Shown here: piece after piece, positions 38,293-47,234 of the stretch
Layout: each line of letters begins with the position of its first letter
How positions within the stretch are numbered: the stretch's first letter is position 1
IMG/VR virus record: IMGVR_UViG_3300023296_000800
Strand: one strand, 5' to 3'
Length of the DNA: 64,000 bases
Source of the DNA: a virus
Made by a program: the position numbers and the translations under genes
The notes under the pieces: generated by a model
The model's database searches: none
What the model was told of the DNA's origin: nothing
What the model saw: the letters and a program-made list of their open reading frames with translations, nothing else

Positions 38293-40305
38293 TTAATGCA
38301 TCAATAGATATGTGCCCAATACATCTGAGCGATTTGCTGAGTCATCACCATCGCCTGGAGCAACAACAACATTATACAAATTATTTCTGAAATTTCTAGC
38401 ACCATCTGCGTGGGCTCCGCCTAGAGGAGTATCCATCATTTCTGAATAACTAATAATAGTAGATTTATCGATAGAGTATTTTGCGGTTAAGCGATCTTTG
38501 AATGTCTCCCAATCTTCAGGGTTATTCCATTGAATGCGGCCGCCTGCATCTTTAATGAGTTTATTACCGTCTTTTTGGATAAGATCAGTAAACATTTCTC
38601 TAGGAACAACTGACGAATGTTTTGTCGTGCCGAAATCAACTCGTCTTTCTTCTGCTTTTCTGGCACCCATTGAGAAATTAATCATAAAGTTAGGTGGTCT
38701 ATTTTGATTCGATCCTGCAACGTCAGCCATTTTAGTATATGCGTAGAAGTCTACTGTTGGATGAGTGGCCGCCATTTTGTATGCCATCTCTAAATATTCT
38801 TGAGAAAAGAAATCTCCTGCATCATGCCAACGTATAACAACTTTGTGTTTGTCTTGTTTCGCATCGCCCTTACGTTTTTCTTGATCAATTTCTCCACTTA
38901 GTGTTACAAAGAAGCCAGTCGGATCATTGTATAAAAAGTTTAGTATTTTTGTTTGACTCATCGATACAGCAGACCATTGTACATACCCACCTTTTAATGC
39001 ATAGCAGTATGTCTTGCATTCTCCTGCGCCTGGACATGTATTAATAACAACGAATTCTTTCTTTTCTTCATTGTAGCCTAGACCTGTTAGTGCAGGTAAG
39101 CCAATGTTGTAGAAAATACTAGTAGTACCGTCACTATGTTGCATTTTTTCATTTTGTTTAAGTAATTTCTTTGGTCGCTCAGTGATATCTGCGGCCAATT
39201 TGTCTAAATCGTATTCATGTCCGTCTGGATCAACAATTGGAATCAAATTCTTGACAGTTGATCGGTGAACATATGGCAGTTTGTACTTGTCCGTTTTGCC
39301 TTTTTCCTTATCCAAGATTCGGTCTAAATAATCCACAAGTTCTTTCTTGTCAAGTTTTCTAGTTTGTGCGTCTATTGCTTCATCAACATGGCCTGACAAT
39401 TTCTTAATGTCATTTAACTCCGAGTCTGATTCTGCGATGGTAGCAGTCCCGCCATTGTTAAATTCTACTGCTTTGTTGACAACCTTCGTGATCAAGTCAT
39501 CTGTGTCCATCTCAAACCATTCTTCCTTGTCACCTATTTGTAACAAAATAGCAGGATGATAACCATGCTTGTAATCCTGGTTGACTTCGCCTACTTTAGT
39601 ACCATTGATAATTATAGTACCATTATCAATATTTACGATGTCGCCGTCGATGTTCCACTCTTTGCCTTCTTCCATAGTAGACGTTTCCGCAAGGTCGTCT
39701 GCTGGTGCTTCTGCATCTGCTTCTTCTCTGTCTGGACCTTTTGGACCTTTTGACCTTAGCATTTTATCAGCTAAATCTGCGTCGAGTGCTTCGTCAACAT
39801 AACCAGATAATTTCGTGTTCGGAGTGTATCTTAATGATCGACCGACTTTACTTTCAATATCGCCTTTGTCGTCGCTTTCAGCGTAATATTCATCATTAAC
39901 TTCGGCTTGTGTAGACAACACTCCAGTACCATTACATTTTGGACACTGTATCGGCACATTCCTAGTGTAATCAATTACCCATGTGTCTCCATAACAGACA
40001 TTGCATTCTTCTGAAGAGTTTGAACGTGGTACAGGACTATTCCACTTTTCATTAACTGCTTCAATTTCTTCTTCAGCTTCTTCTTCCCCTGCAGGTAATT
40101 CAACTCCTTCGTCTTTTAAGAACTCGGGTAGGGTTTCGATATCCCAACCATTAACCATGGAATCTAGTGTTTGCTCTGCATGAGAGGCGAATTTCGCATT
40201 ATTTTTAGTAAACTGTGATGTTTCGCCTGGATTTGATTCGGGTAAACGAGTCTTGACTTCAACTTCGTTCTCTGTTAATATGTCTAGTATATTGCGTAAA
40301 TCCAT
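38293..40305 (-). CDS. Multidomain protein: acidic N-terminus with CxxC..CxxCxG zinc finger, C-terminal GP88-like (radical-SAM-like) domain
   Basis: CNVCYG...CPKCNGTG; TCPGAGECKTYCYA, RWHDAGDF, FYAYTK; ELNDIKKLSG. Confidence 0.7.
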   Translation of the reverse strand: MDLRNILDILTENEVEVKTRLPESNPGETSQFTKNNAKFASHAEQTLDSMVNGWDIETLPEFLKDEGVELPAGEEEAEEEIEAVNEKWNSPVPRSNSSEECNVCYGDTWVIDYTRNVPIQCPKCNGTGVLSTQAEVNDEYYAESDDKGDIESKVGRSLRYTPNTKLSGYVDEALDADLADKMLRSKGPKGPDREEADAEAPADDLAETSTMEEGKEWNIDGDIVNIDNGTIIINGTKVGEVNQDYKHGYHPAILLQIGDKEEWFEMDTDDLITKVVNKAVEFNNGGTATIAESDSELNDIKKLSGHVDEAIDAQTRKLDKKELVDYLDRILDKEKGKTDKYKLPYVHRSTVKNLIPIVDPDGHEYDLDKLAADITERPKKLLKQNEKMQHSDGTTSIFYNIGLPALTGLGYNEEKKEFVVINTCPGAGECKTYCYALKGGYVQWSAVSMSQTKILNFLYNDPTGFFVTLSGEIDQEKRKGDAKQDKHKVVIRWHDAGDFFSQEYLEMAYKMAATHPTVDFYAYTKMADVAGSNQNRPPNFMINFSMGARKAEERRVDFGTTKHSSVVPREMFTDLIQKDGNKLIKDAGGRIQWNNPEDWETFKDRLTAKYSIDKSTIISYSEMMDTPLGGAHADGARNFRNNLYNVVVAPGDGDDSANRSDVLGTYLLMH

Positions 40306-40330
40306 AGTTTTTCTCTTTTTCCTATAAGAG

Positions 40331-40338
40331 TATTTATC
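40331..40338 (-). promoter_or_regulatory. T4-late-like promoter for the GP88-lipase operon
   Basis: GATAAATA on the minus strand about 25 nt upstream of start 40305. Confidence 0.55.
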
Positions 40339-40371
40339 AATGTTTACTAGGAATGATATTAAAAGGCCAAC

Positions 40372-40962
40372 ATGAATATATTTTATTTAGATACAAATCC
40401 AATTAAGGCGGCTGAACTGCATTGTGATAAGCACGTGGTCAAAATGATCATCGAGTATGCACAGTTAATGTCTACCGCACATAGAGTATTAGACGGTGAG
40501 TTGTACGAAGATAGAACCGCAAATAATAGACGTATCAAGCGTTGGAGACTTAACAATAACGACATGGAGAATGTCGTATACAAAGCATCTCACATCAATC
40601 ACCCAAGTGCTATCTGGACACGAGCCAATGCTAAACAGTATCAGTTTGTGTATGATATGTTCGTTGCTCTTTGTGATGAATATACACGCAGGTATGACAG
40701 AGTGCATCTCACTGAGGGAAAACTCAAAGACATTCTTAAACATCTACCCAAAAATATCGAAGATGCAAACTTTGTTGATCCTCCCCAGGCAATGCCCGAT
40801 GATGTCAAAACACTAGATGCAGTGAAGGCTTATCAAAATTATTACAGAGTTTATAAAAAAGATTTTGCTAGATGGACTAATAGACTAACTCCATCTTTTA
40901 TGGAAAATAAATCAGAGCAACAAGACATCTCTAAATACAACACGAGGGAAATATATGTTTGA
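40372..40962 (+). CDS. Pyrimidine-dimer DNA glycosylase / endonuclease V-like
   Basis: MNIFYLD..P...AELHCDKHVVKMIIEYAQLMSTAH; HINHPSAIW; PPQAMPD; AYQNYY. Confidence 0.8.
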   Translation: MNIFYLDTNPIKAAELHCDKHVVKMIIEYAQLMSTAHRVLDGELYEDRTANNRRIKRWRLNNNDMENVVYKASHINHPSAIWTRANAKQYQFVYDMFVALCDEYTRRYDRVHLTEGKLKDILKHLPKNIEDANFVDPPQAMPDDVKTLDAVKAYQNYYRVYKKDFARWTNRLTPSFMENKSEQQDISKYNTREIYV

Positions 40963-41449
40963 AAAGATAAGAAACGCATTTAGCAAGCCTAAACCAGTTC
41001 CAGAGCCTGAACCAGTTCCAGTTCCAGAGCCTGAACCAGTTCCAGAGCCTGAACCAGCCCCAAAGCCAAAGAAAAGGGCACCGAAGAAAAAGCCTGCTAC
41101 TAAATTATCTGAAAAAGAAAAAGCAACTAGGGCTGGTGAGCCGTGGGTAGATATCGTAAAAGTTAATATAGATCCAGAAGACATCAGCAGTGGTGCATTC
41201 GAACTCGATTGGAATGATAAGTTTTTATTAAATCTTATTAAACAAGGTTACAAAGTATCAGAAGAAGACAAAGATGAAAAAATCATCGATAGGTGGTTCC
41301 AAACAGTCTGTCGTAATATTGCTTTGGAAGTTTATGAACAAGAACAAGCAGACCCTCATAATAGAAAAGATACAGACCCAGTTACTGGCGCAGACATGCG
41401 AATTGTTGCAAGCAAAGATTTGGGCAACGGCAGATCGGAGATGAGCTAA
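40955..41449 (+). CDS. Hypothetical protein with Pro/Glu-rich N-terminus
   Basis: PKPVPEPEPVPVPEPEP; conserved-looking KEKATRAGEPWV...GAFELDWNDKF. Confidence 0.8.
   Translation: MFEKIRNAFSKPKPVPEPEPVPVPEPEPVPEPEPAPKPKKRAPKKKPATKLSEKEKATRAGEPWVDIVKVNIDPEDISSGAFELDWNDKFLLNLIKQGYKVSEEDKDEKIIDRWFQTVCRNIALEVYEQEQADPHNRKDTDPVTGADMRIVASKDLGNGRSEMS
40994..41053 (+). repeat. Three copies of coding 18-mer CCAGTTCCAGAGCCTGAA
   Basis: Copies at 40994, 41018 and 41036 with one 6-nt partial unit between the first two. Confidence 0.9.
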
Positions 41450-41784
41450 TGTCAGAAGAAATGATAGATGTTGTGTTTTGTCAAAAATATAAAGAAGAAT
41501 TGCCACGAATGGTGTTCCCACCTTTACCAGGTGAAAGGGGAAAAGCTATTTTAGAGCAATATTCGCAAAAAGCCTTTGATGCATGGAAGTTTCACCAAAC
41601 TACGTTGATCAATGAACGTAAGTTAGACCTATCTCTCGCTGAAAATAGGACCTGGTTAATCGAAGAAATGTACAAGTTTTTGCAAAACGAAGAAGTTGCT
41701 CAAGCCGAAGGGTTTGTAGAGCCAATTAAAGAAGAATCCATCGTAAATACGTATACACCACCTATACCTCCACCATTCGTATAA
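41449..41784 (+). CDS. yggX: Fe(II)-trafficking / oxidative damage protection protein YggX
   Basis: VFCQKYKEE...PPLPGERGKAI.EQ.SQKA..AW..HQTTLINE.KL.L...R..L.EEM.KFL. Confidence 0.85.
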   Translation: MSEEMIDVVFCQKYKEELPRMVFPPLPGERGKAILEQYSQKAFDAWKFHQTTLINERKLDLSLAENRTWLIEEMYKFLQNEEVAQAEGFVEPIKEESIVNTYTPPIPPPFV

Positions 41785-41808
41785 TTTGCCCAAAGACTTG
41801 ACAAAAAC

Positions 41809-41837
41809 TTGACATGTACGTAGTTATTACGTATAAT
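41809..41837 (+). promoter_or_regulatory. Consensus sigma70 promoter
   Basis: TTGACA-17-TATAAT, followed by an AT-only tract. Confidence 0.8.
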
Positions 41838-41864
41838 ATTATATTATATTATATAAAATATCTA

Positions 41865-41972
41865 ATAGGCGATATTAAGGGCGTGTCTCCCTACCATCGC
41901 GACCTGCAAACAGCTAAGTCTTAACAGATTTAGTCAATGGCAGTTGACACAACACGAACATAGAGTGCCTAT
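41865..41972 (+). promoter_or_regulatory. Candidate structured 5' leader of rnh
   Basis: ATAGGC/GCCTAT closing helix ends at the nt before ATG; two internal hairpins. Confidence 0.45.
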
Positions 41973-42980
41973 ATGAAGTACGTCCTTATCGATACAATGA
42001 ATAATTTTTTTCGAGCAAAGCATGTTGCTTCTCGCAACGCTTCCACGTGGGAAAAAATAGGTATGGCATTGCATCTGACATTAGGTTTTGTTAACAAAGC
42101 AATGCGTGACTATGGCGCAGAGCATGTTGTGTTTTTCTTGGAAGGTCGTTCATGGCGTAAAGATTTTTATACTCCGTACAAGGCAAATCGTAAAGTCAAA
42201 GAACAAGACTTGACTGAGGCAGAAGTTGAAGAAAGTGCAATGTTTTGGGAGACGTATGAGGCATTAATTACATTTTTACAAGAGAAAACTAATGTTTCAG
42301 TCTTGCGTGATCCAAATGCTGAGGCTGATGATTGTATAGCACGTTTCACCGCACTTCATCCAAACGATGAGCATATCATTATTTCAACTGATACTGACTT
42401 TCTACAGTTAATAACTGAGTCAGTTCAGATATACAATGGCATGAGCAAACAATTAATTACACTCGACGGTTACTTTGATGATCGAGGTAAACCATTCATT
42501 GATAAGAAGACGAAACAGCATAAGCTATTAGAGGACCCGCAATATCTTTTATTCGAGAAGTGTATGCGCGGTGATACAAGTGACAATATATTCTCTGCAT
42601 ATCCAGGTGTTCGTAAGAAAGGCTCAAAGAATAAAACAGGGCTGTTAGAAGCATATGATGACAAAAATAGAGGTGGCTTCAACTGGAATAACATCATGTT
42701 ACAGCGTTGGACAGACCACAATGAGGTAGAACATAGAGTTCGTGATGACTATGAACGCAATCGCACACTGATTGACTTAACTGCACAACCAATTGCATTT
42801 AGGTCTGGTACCGATACTTGTATTATAGAGGGATTGAATAACAATCCAATTGTTCCACAAGTAGGTATACACTTTATGCGATTTTGCGGCAAATACGAAC
42901 TTACTAGAATTAGCGAGCAAGCAGGAACCTATGCTAAATGGCTGAATTCTTCATACAGCGGTTCATTAATGAATGAATAA
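41973..42980 (+). CDS. rnh: T4 RNase H-like 5'-3' exonuclease
   Basis: LIDTMN.FFR, WRKDFY.PYKANR, EADDCIA, ISTDTDFLQL, GDTSDNI. Confidence 0.92.
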   Translation: MKYVLIDTMNNFFRAKHVASRNASTWEKIGMALHLTLGFVNKAMRDYGAEHVVFFLEGRSWRKDFYTPYKANRKVKEQDLTEAEVEESAMFWETYEALITFLQEKTNVSVLRDPNAEADDCIARFTALHPNDEHIIISTDTDFLQLITESVQIYNGMSKQLITLDGYFDDRGKPFIDKKTKQHKLLEDPQYLLFEKCMRGDTSDNIFSAYPGVRKKGSKNKTGLLEAYDDKNRGGFNWNNIMLQRWTDHNEVEHRVRDDYERNRTLIDLTAQPIAFRSGTDTCIIEGLNNNPIVPQVGIHFMRFCGKYELTRISEQAGTYAKWLNSSYSGSLMNE

Positions 42981-43767
42981 AATTATAACTACGTTAGACC
43001 AGATGCATTCTTTTGTAGATATTATGCAAAGAGACAACATCAATATCAGTGTGGTGGGTGAAGAACCCCACAGAGCAGTTTTCCCTACATCCAAGCTAGA
43101 TTTAACAATGGAATTCATTGTTTTTAAAAATGGTGGATTTTATATTGGTCTTGCTCGTAACGGTGGAGCAGATACTAGATTAAGTGACGAGATACATACT
43201 CAACTAATCAATCTGATTGAGGACACGGGTTATATGGTGTCAATAAATCAATCCAATGTTAGATGGAAGTCAGACGATCATATAGCAGACATAAAAGCAA
43301 TTCATGCGTTAGTAGAAGGTGCAGAGTTTGTACCAAATGGTGGCTCTTCGTGGAGAAAGACTAATTTCAATCAGCGGTTTAATACTATTGCAAAACATTG
43401 GTATACAAATTGGGAAAATAATGATACCACAGCATTCAACAGAGACATTCTGGATACTATGAACACGAGAGTTGCTGTAAATTTACGTACAAACGAACTT
43501 AAGCATGGCGAACATGTGGTACCAGTTGATTATCTATACAGAAAAAGCTTGGATATGTATGCGGTTGGCAAAACCGTAGAAAATGTAACAAACTTCTTGA
43601 CGAGGAACTGTAAGATAGTTTATATTCGATCTGCGGATGCTATCAAACTCGACTTCGAACTTAAATTAAAAACGGTAATGACAGAAGGTTGGGTAGATGG
43701 GGATTCTCCGTTTGCAAGACTTGACTTTGCTGGTATTAAGATAGAAGGAAACATGATAAATGAGTAA
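42973..43767 (+). CDS. Hypothetical protein with a C-terminal His-motif (EHVVP) possibly of HNH type
   Basis: 264 aa; KHGEHVVPVDYL. Confidence 0.6.
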   Translation: MNKIITTLDQMHSFVDIMQRDNINISVVGEEPHRAVFPTSKLDLTMEFIVFKNGGFYIGLARNGGADTRLSDEIHTQLINLIEDTGYMVSINQSNVRWKSDDHIADIKAIHALVEGAEFVPNGGSSWRKTNFNQRFNTIAKHWYTNWENNDTTAFNRDILDTMNTRVAVNLRTNELKHGEHVVPVDYLYRKSLDMYAVGKTVENVTNFLTRNCKIVYIRSADAIKLDFELKLKTVMTEGWVDGDSPFARLDFAGIKIEGNMINE

Positions 43768-44932
43768 GAACAACTTATTCACAAAAGCGGCCGATTTTAA
43801 CGCTCGCTTCTATAATTCCGGTGATGAGCGGGTGTGGGAAAGAATAGAACATACATTACTAATGAATCCTGACAGAGTGAAGCTTGCAAAACGAATCGAT
43901 ATAGCTAAACTCCAATTTAAAAGAAAAAATCCAAATTTGGTATCCGATCCTTCTTTGTTGTTTTCTCTATTACCCGAAGGGGCGATAGACGGTGCCTTAA
44001 TACCTGATATTTGCATTGACAAGACGTTACAAAGATATGTGTATTATGAAAAAATTATCGAGATTCTGTGTAATTTCGAAACTATCAAAATACAATGTAT
44101 TAGAGTATATCGTAACGAAGCTGGACAACTAATTTGTTGGGACGGTCAACACACTTTCATTGCATTGTATATTATTACATGTTTAATATTAGAGTTAGAC
44201 CCGTCTGAAGTGTATTTACCTATCACTATTTCAAAGGGGACGCTGAGAGCAGACATGCGTAGAACTACTCTAGGCGAGAATGGTGATGCTAAGACTCCCT
44301 TTGATGGATTTGATATTTTCGAATCACATGTATTTGGCGTAATTGGTGATAAGATGACTGATCTAGCATATCTTGCGTCACACACAAAGCACATGCATTT
44401 AGTAAAACACAACATGTTTTTGTCGAGCAAAAGAATGCATTCTAATGCTATTCCAGGTGCACTGACTCGTGTAGAAGAAATTATGGACATGAAATATCAC
44501 CCCGACATTACACTGTATTTTGCACAATGGTGTCATTATCTAAACTATATCAATCGACCATTCGGCGGCACCGAAGTTAGTTTAATGTATGAGTATTTTA
44601 ACAGGTGTTACGATGATGATACTATTACCCTCAATGAGGATTACGTTCGCTCAGTTGGTATAGCATGTAGGGGAGTCAGTGACAATGATTTCAATGGTAA
44701 GATATTTTTGGAAATGTCCAGTAAGAGTTTAGCAAGAGACCTATTAGAAAAATCAAATGCTTTGGCTATACCAGAGCGGTACATCAATAAAGATGGTACG
44801 GTAAGTGGTAAAAAGCTAGGTCCAAAAATGGACCGAAATTTAGACTATTTGTGTCAGTCGTTACAATTCCATGACATCAAAGTTCCAACACATGACCTTG
44901 AATGGATTGTCACTGAGGAAGAAGGATTTTAA
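43760..44932 (+). CDS. ParB-like N-terminal domain protein
   Basis: IDKTLQR ... CWDGQHT resembles ParB-like QR/DGQH motifs; 390 aa. Confidence 0.55.
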   Translation: MSKNNLFTKAADFNARFYNSGDERVWERIEHTLLMNPDRVKLAKRIDIAKLQFKRKNPNLVSDPSLLFSLLPEGAIDGALIPDICIDKTLQRYVYYEKIIEILCNFETIKIQCIRVYRNEAGQLICWDGQHTFIALYIITCLILELDPSEVYLPITISKGTLRADMRRTTLGENGDAKTPFDGFDIFESHVFGVIGDKMTDLAYLASHTKHMHLVKHNMFLSSKRMHSNAIPGALTRVEEIMDMKYHPDITLYFAQWCHYLNYINRPFGGTEVSLMYEYFNRCYDDDTITLNEDYVRSVGIACRGVSDNDFNGKIFLEMSSKSLARDLLEKSNALAIPERYINKDGTVSGKKLGPKMDRNLDYLCQSLQFHDIKVPTHDLEWIVTEEEGF

Positions 44933-44979
44933 AATAAATGAGAAATAACAAATATATTTACGAATACAACGGAGAAAAA

Positions 44980-45444
44980 ATGATTTTAGATATTGAATTA
45001 ACAGCTAAACCAATCACTGATGGCGAGTTTTGGATTTTAACTGATGGAAAAAACAAAGTAGGTAATGTCTGTGCTAATTCTGCGGGCTATGGAGTGCAAT
45101 TGGCAGGTAGTTTCTTTCAATTTAAATCTACTAAAGATATTCAGAAAAAAACTAGAATTAAGTTTGCTTCCCCACCGGCATTACTAGCAGAAATAGATGT
45201 GCCGTATCCTGAATATCCCCAGCCCCCTCGAATTTATAATTCAGTGTATGACGTTAAACGTGGGTTGCATGTATTTACAAAAACCATGAAGTCTAAATGT
45301 TTTCATGCGGCAGGATACTTCGTTGTTGAACACAATGGATTAGAGGAAGTTATTTTTTGTCCAAAATACATCTTTATTCAGCGTTATCCGTACAAAGGGC
45401 CGTACAAATCGAAAGAAGAAGCCAAAATTGAGATAAATATATAA
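44980..45444 (+). CDS. Hypothetical phage protein
   Basis: GGAG RBS before ATG 44980; FCPKYIFIQRYPYKGP. Confidence 0.7.
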   Translation: MILDIELTAKPITDGEFWILTDGKNKVGNVCANSAGYGVQLAGSFFQFKSTKDIQKKTRIKFASPPALLAEIDVPYPEYPQPPRIYNSVYDVKRGLHVFTKTMKSKCFHAAGYFVVEHNGLEEVIFCPKYIFIQRYPYKGPYKSKEEAKIEINI

Positions 45445-45448
45445 GCAT

Positions 45449-45646
45449 ATGTTACACATTAAAAATTTTATTAATAAAATGTCAGTTATGGAGGCCAAGC
45501 AACAAACCAACTTTGTGCTTCCAATTACTGAAGCGAGAGGTCTTCGGGACGATATTACTCTCCTATTAGCAGAATTGCACGAGTTAGAGAAGGTTAAAGA
45601 CATGAACGAAATCACATATATAAACGTTAATGGTGGCTCGTTTTAA
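45449..45646 (+). CDS. Hypothetical protein
   Basis: 65 aa; GATAAATA at 45432-39. Confidence 0.7.
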   Translation: MLHIKNFINKMSVMEAKQQTNFVLPITEARGLRDDITLLLAELHELEKVKDMNEITYINVNGGSF

Positions 45647-45945
45647 TGAGCAGAAGCCAACCAACTGTGATATTAGAATATGTGGACAAAGAGACATATA
45701 AATGCGACCAGATTATTGAAGCATCTGGTATCTGGGCAGTCTATTACGATGACCAGCCTATTAATTTAAAGTCTTCACATTATTTAACTAATGACGCGGC
45801 GCCAAAATACAAGAAAACTAGTTTTTCTAATCCTGGTCACGCCAGAAACCTGTGCAGAAAATTAAATGCACAATTTAAAACTGACAAATTTACCGTTGTA
45901 TTTTTGACTGTGGGACGTAAAGTATACCCTGATGATATTACCTAA
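45646..45945 (+). CDS. Hypothetical protein
   Basis: MSRSQPTVILE...KYKKTSFSNPGHARNL. Confidence 0.75.
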   Translation: MSRSQPTVILEYVDKETYKCDQIIEASGIWAVYYDDQPINLKSSHYLTNDAAPKYKKTSFSNPGHARNLCRKLNAQFKTDKFTVVFLTVGRKVYPDDIT

Positions 45946-46351
45946 AACCAAAAAAGAGATTACCCAAGCTGTGCTAAATGTTTTGCCTGAACAAAACAAT
46001 AAGCCGATTGACCAGATGATGTTTGCGTGGTGGTTAACTGGTCGAGGTGGACAGGGGCTGAGATTAAGTGCTGAAGGACTTAAAGCATTTGAAGAGGCAT
46101 TACTTGAATACTATGATTTCCCCTTAGGACTTGACACCACTGGGAAACTTAGTATCGCACCGGAATCTTTCGTATCTGAAATTATTAAGAAAATTAAATG
46201 TCCTTATTATTTAGGGATAACCAAAGTTAGACACCAGGAGAAACACGAAGGTAACACGGGAGCACCCTTTATTCGAGTCTATGATCACAAAACAGCCATG
46301 ATGATGACATTGCACGGCACACTAAGAAGCTATTTAGACTCCCGAATCTGA
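45932..46351 (+). CDS. Hypothetical protein
   Basis: 139-aa ORF overlapping the previous gene. Confidence 0.7.
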   Translation: MILPKTKKEITQAVLNVLPEQNNKPIDQMMFAWWLTGRGGQGLRLSAEGLKAFEEALLEYYDFPLGLDTTGKLSIAPESFVSEIIKKIKCPYYLGITKVRHQEKHEGNTGAPFIRVYDHKTAMMMTLHGTLRSYLDSRI

Positions 46352-46357
46352 ATCCAC

Positions 46358-46423
46358 CACCAACTTGTTCACCACTTGTACACCAACTTGTTCACCACTT
46401 GTACACCAACTTGTTCACCACTT
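46358..46423 (+). repeat. Intergenic tandem repeat, about 2.9 copies of 23-mer CACCAACTTGTTCACCACTTGTA
   Basis: Exact copies at 46358 and 46381; 20-nt copy at 46404. Confidence 0.92.
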
Positions 46424-46439
46424 TAAATTACGATAGGCG

Positions 46440-46468
46440 TTGACATTAGGTAACCCTTCTGTTACACT
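46440..46468 (+). promoter_or_regulatory. Sigma70-like early promoter
   Basis: TTGACA-17-TACACT. Confidence 0.7.
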
Positions 46469-46503
46469 ACAGGTACAATAAACTAAATTAAAAGGAACAC
46501 AGT

Positions 46504-46902
46504 ATGGATATGTTCAGTGATATAATGTCAATCATCATCGTTGGTATCGTAGCAACCGCAGTATCAATTACTGTGGGCCTGATCCTACATCATTGGTATT
46601 GGTTATATAGTAGCGAAGAGGATGGTGACGAACCGCAATGGCCAATGGCACTTATGCCCGCTCAGTGGACGAAGTTCGGGCCAGATTCTACTGAGTCTTA
46701 TTTGCCTGAGTTAGGAGTATTTGTTCAGGCACTGATTAAAGAGCGGTTATATTACCCGCCCGTAGTGGTCTGCCTATCTTCGTCAGAACAGCACCATTTA
46801 CTTGATGGGACAACTGAATTGTATGCAATATGGCAGGATGAATTCAAAGAATGCCAATACACTCAAGACCAAATATATGCTTGGGCACCTCTTCCGCGGT
46901 AG
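46504..46902 (+). CDS. Hypothetical protein with N-terminal TM helix
   Basis: AAGGA RBS; IIIVGIVATAVSITVGLIL. Confidence 0.7.
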   Translation: MDMFSDIMSIIIVGIVATAVSITVGLILHHWYWLYSSEEDGDEPQWPMALMPAQWTKFGPDSTESYLPELGVFVQALIKERLYYPPVVVCLSSSEQHHLLDGTTELYAIWQDEFKECQYTQDQIYAWAPLPR

Positions 46903-46994
46903 CAGAAGATGACAGGAGAAGAATTATCTACATTGATAGGGGATAAGAACTAATGTTCAATGTTGGGTATTGTGATTAACCACAGGAGTATGAT

Positions 46995-47234
46995 ATGACG
47001 TTTAGAATAACATTCAATCCTTGTTTGGAAACGGGGGTCGAACATAAAATTGTTTCCTTATACGACACGGCCGCAGAAATGATTGCCGCCCGAGATGCGG
47101 CGGCTGGACTTCTATTATACTTACATGAACATAAACTAATGGAGGATTCCTCGAACCTGTTTATGATGGAAGAACTTGTGGCCGTAAAATATGGTGTATG
47201 GTCGGAGTACCTAGAAGATGTGGAGATCGTCTAA
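46995..47234 (+). CDS. Hypothetical protein
   Basis: AGGAG RBS; 79 aa. Confidence 0.7.
   Translation: MTFRITFNPCLETGVEHKIVSLYDTAAEMIAARDAAAGLLLYLHEHKLMEDSSNLFMMEELVAVKYGVWSEYLEDVEIV

Noticed and set aside
40955-41449. TonB homolog
   Set aside because: Only the Pro-rich tract is similar; no N-terminal TM anchor or TonB C-terminal domain.
46358-46423. CRISPR array
   Set aside because: Repeats are directly adjacent with no spacers, and no cas genes are present.
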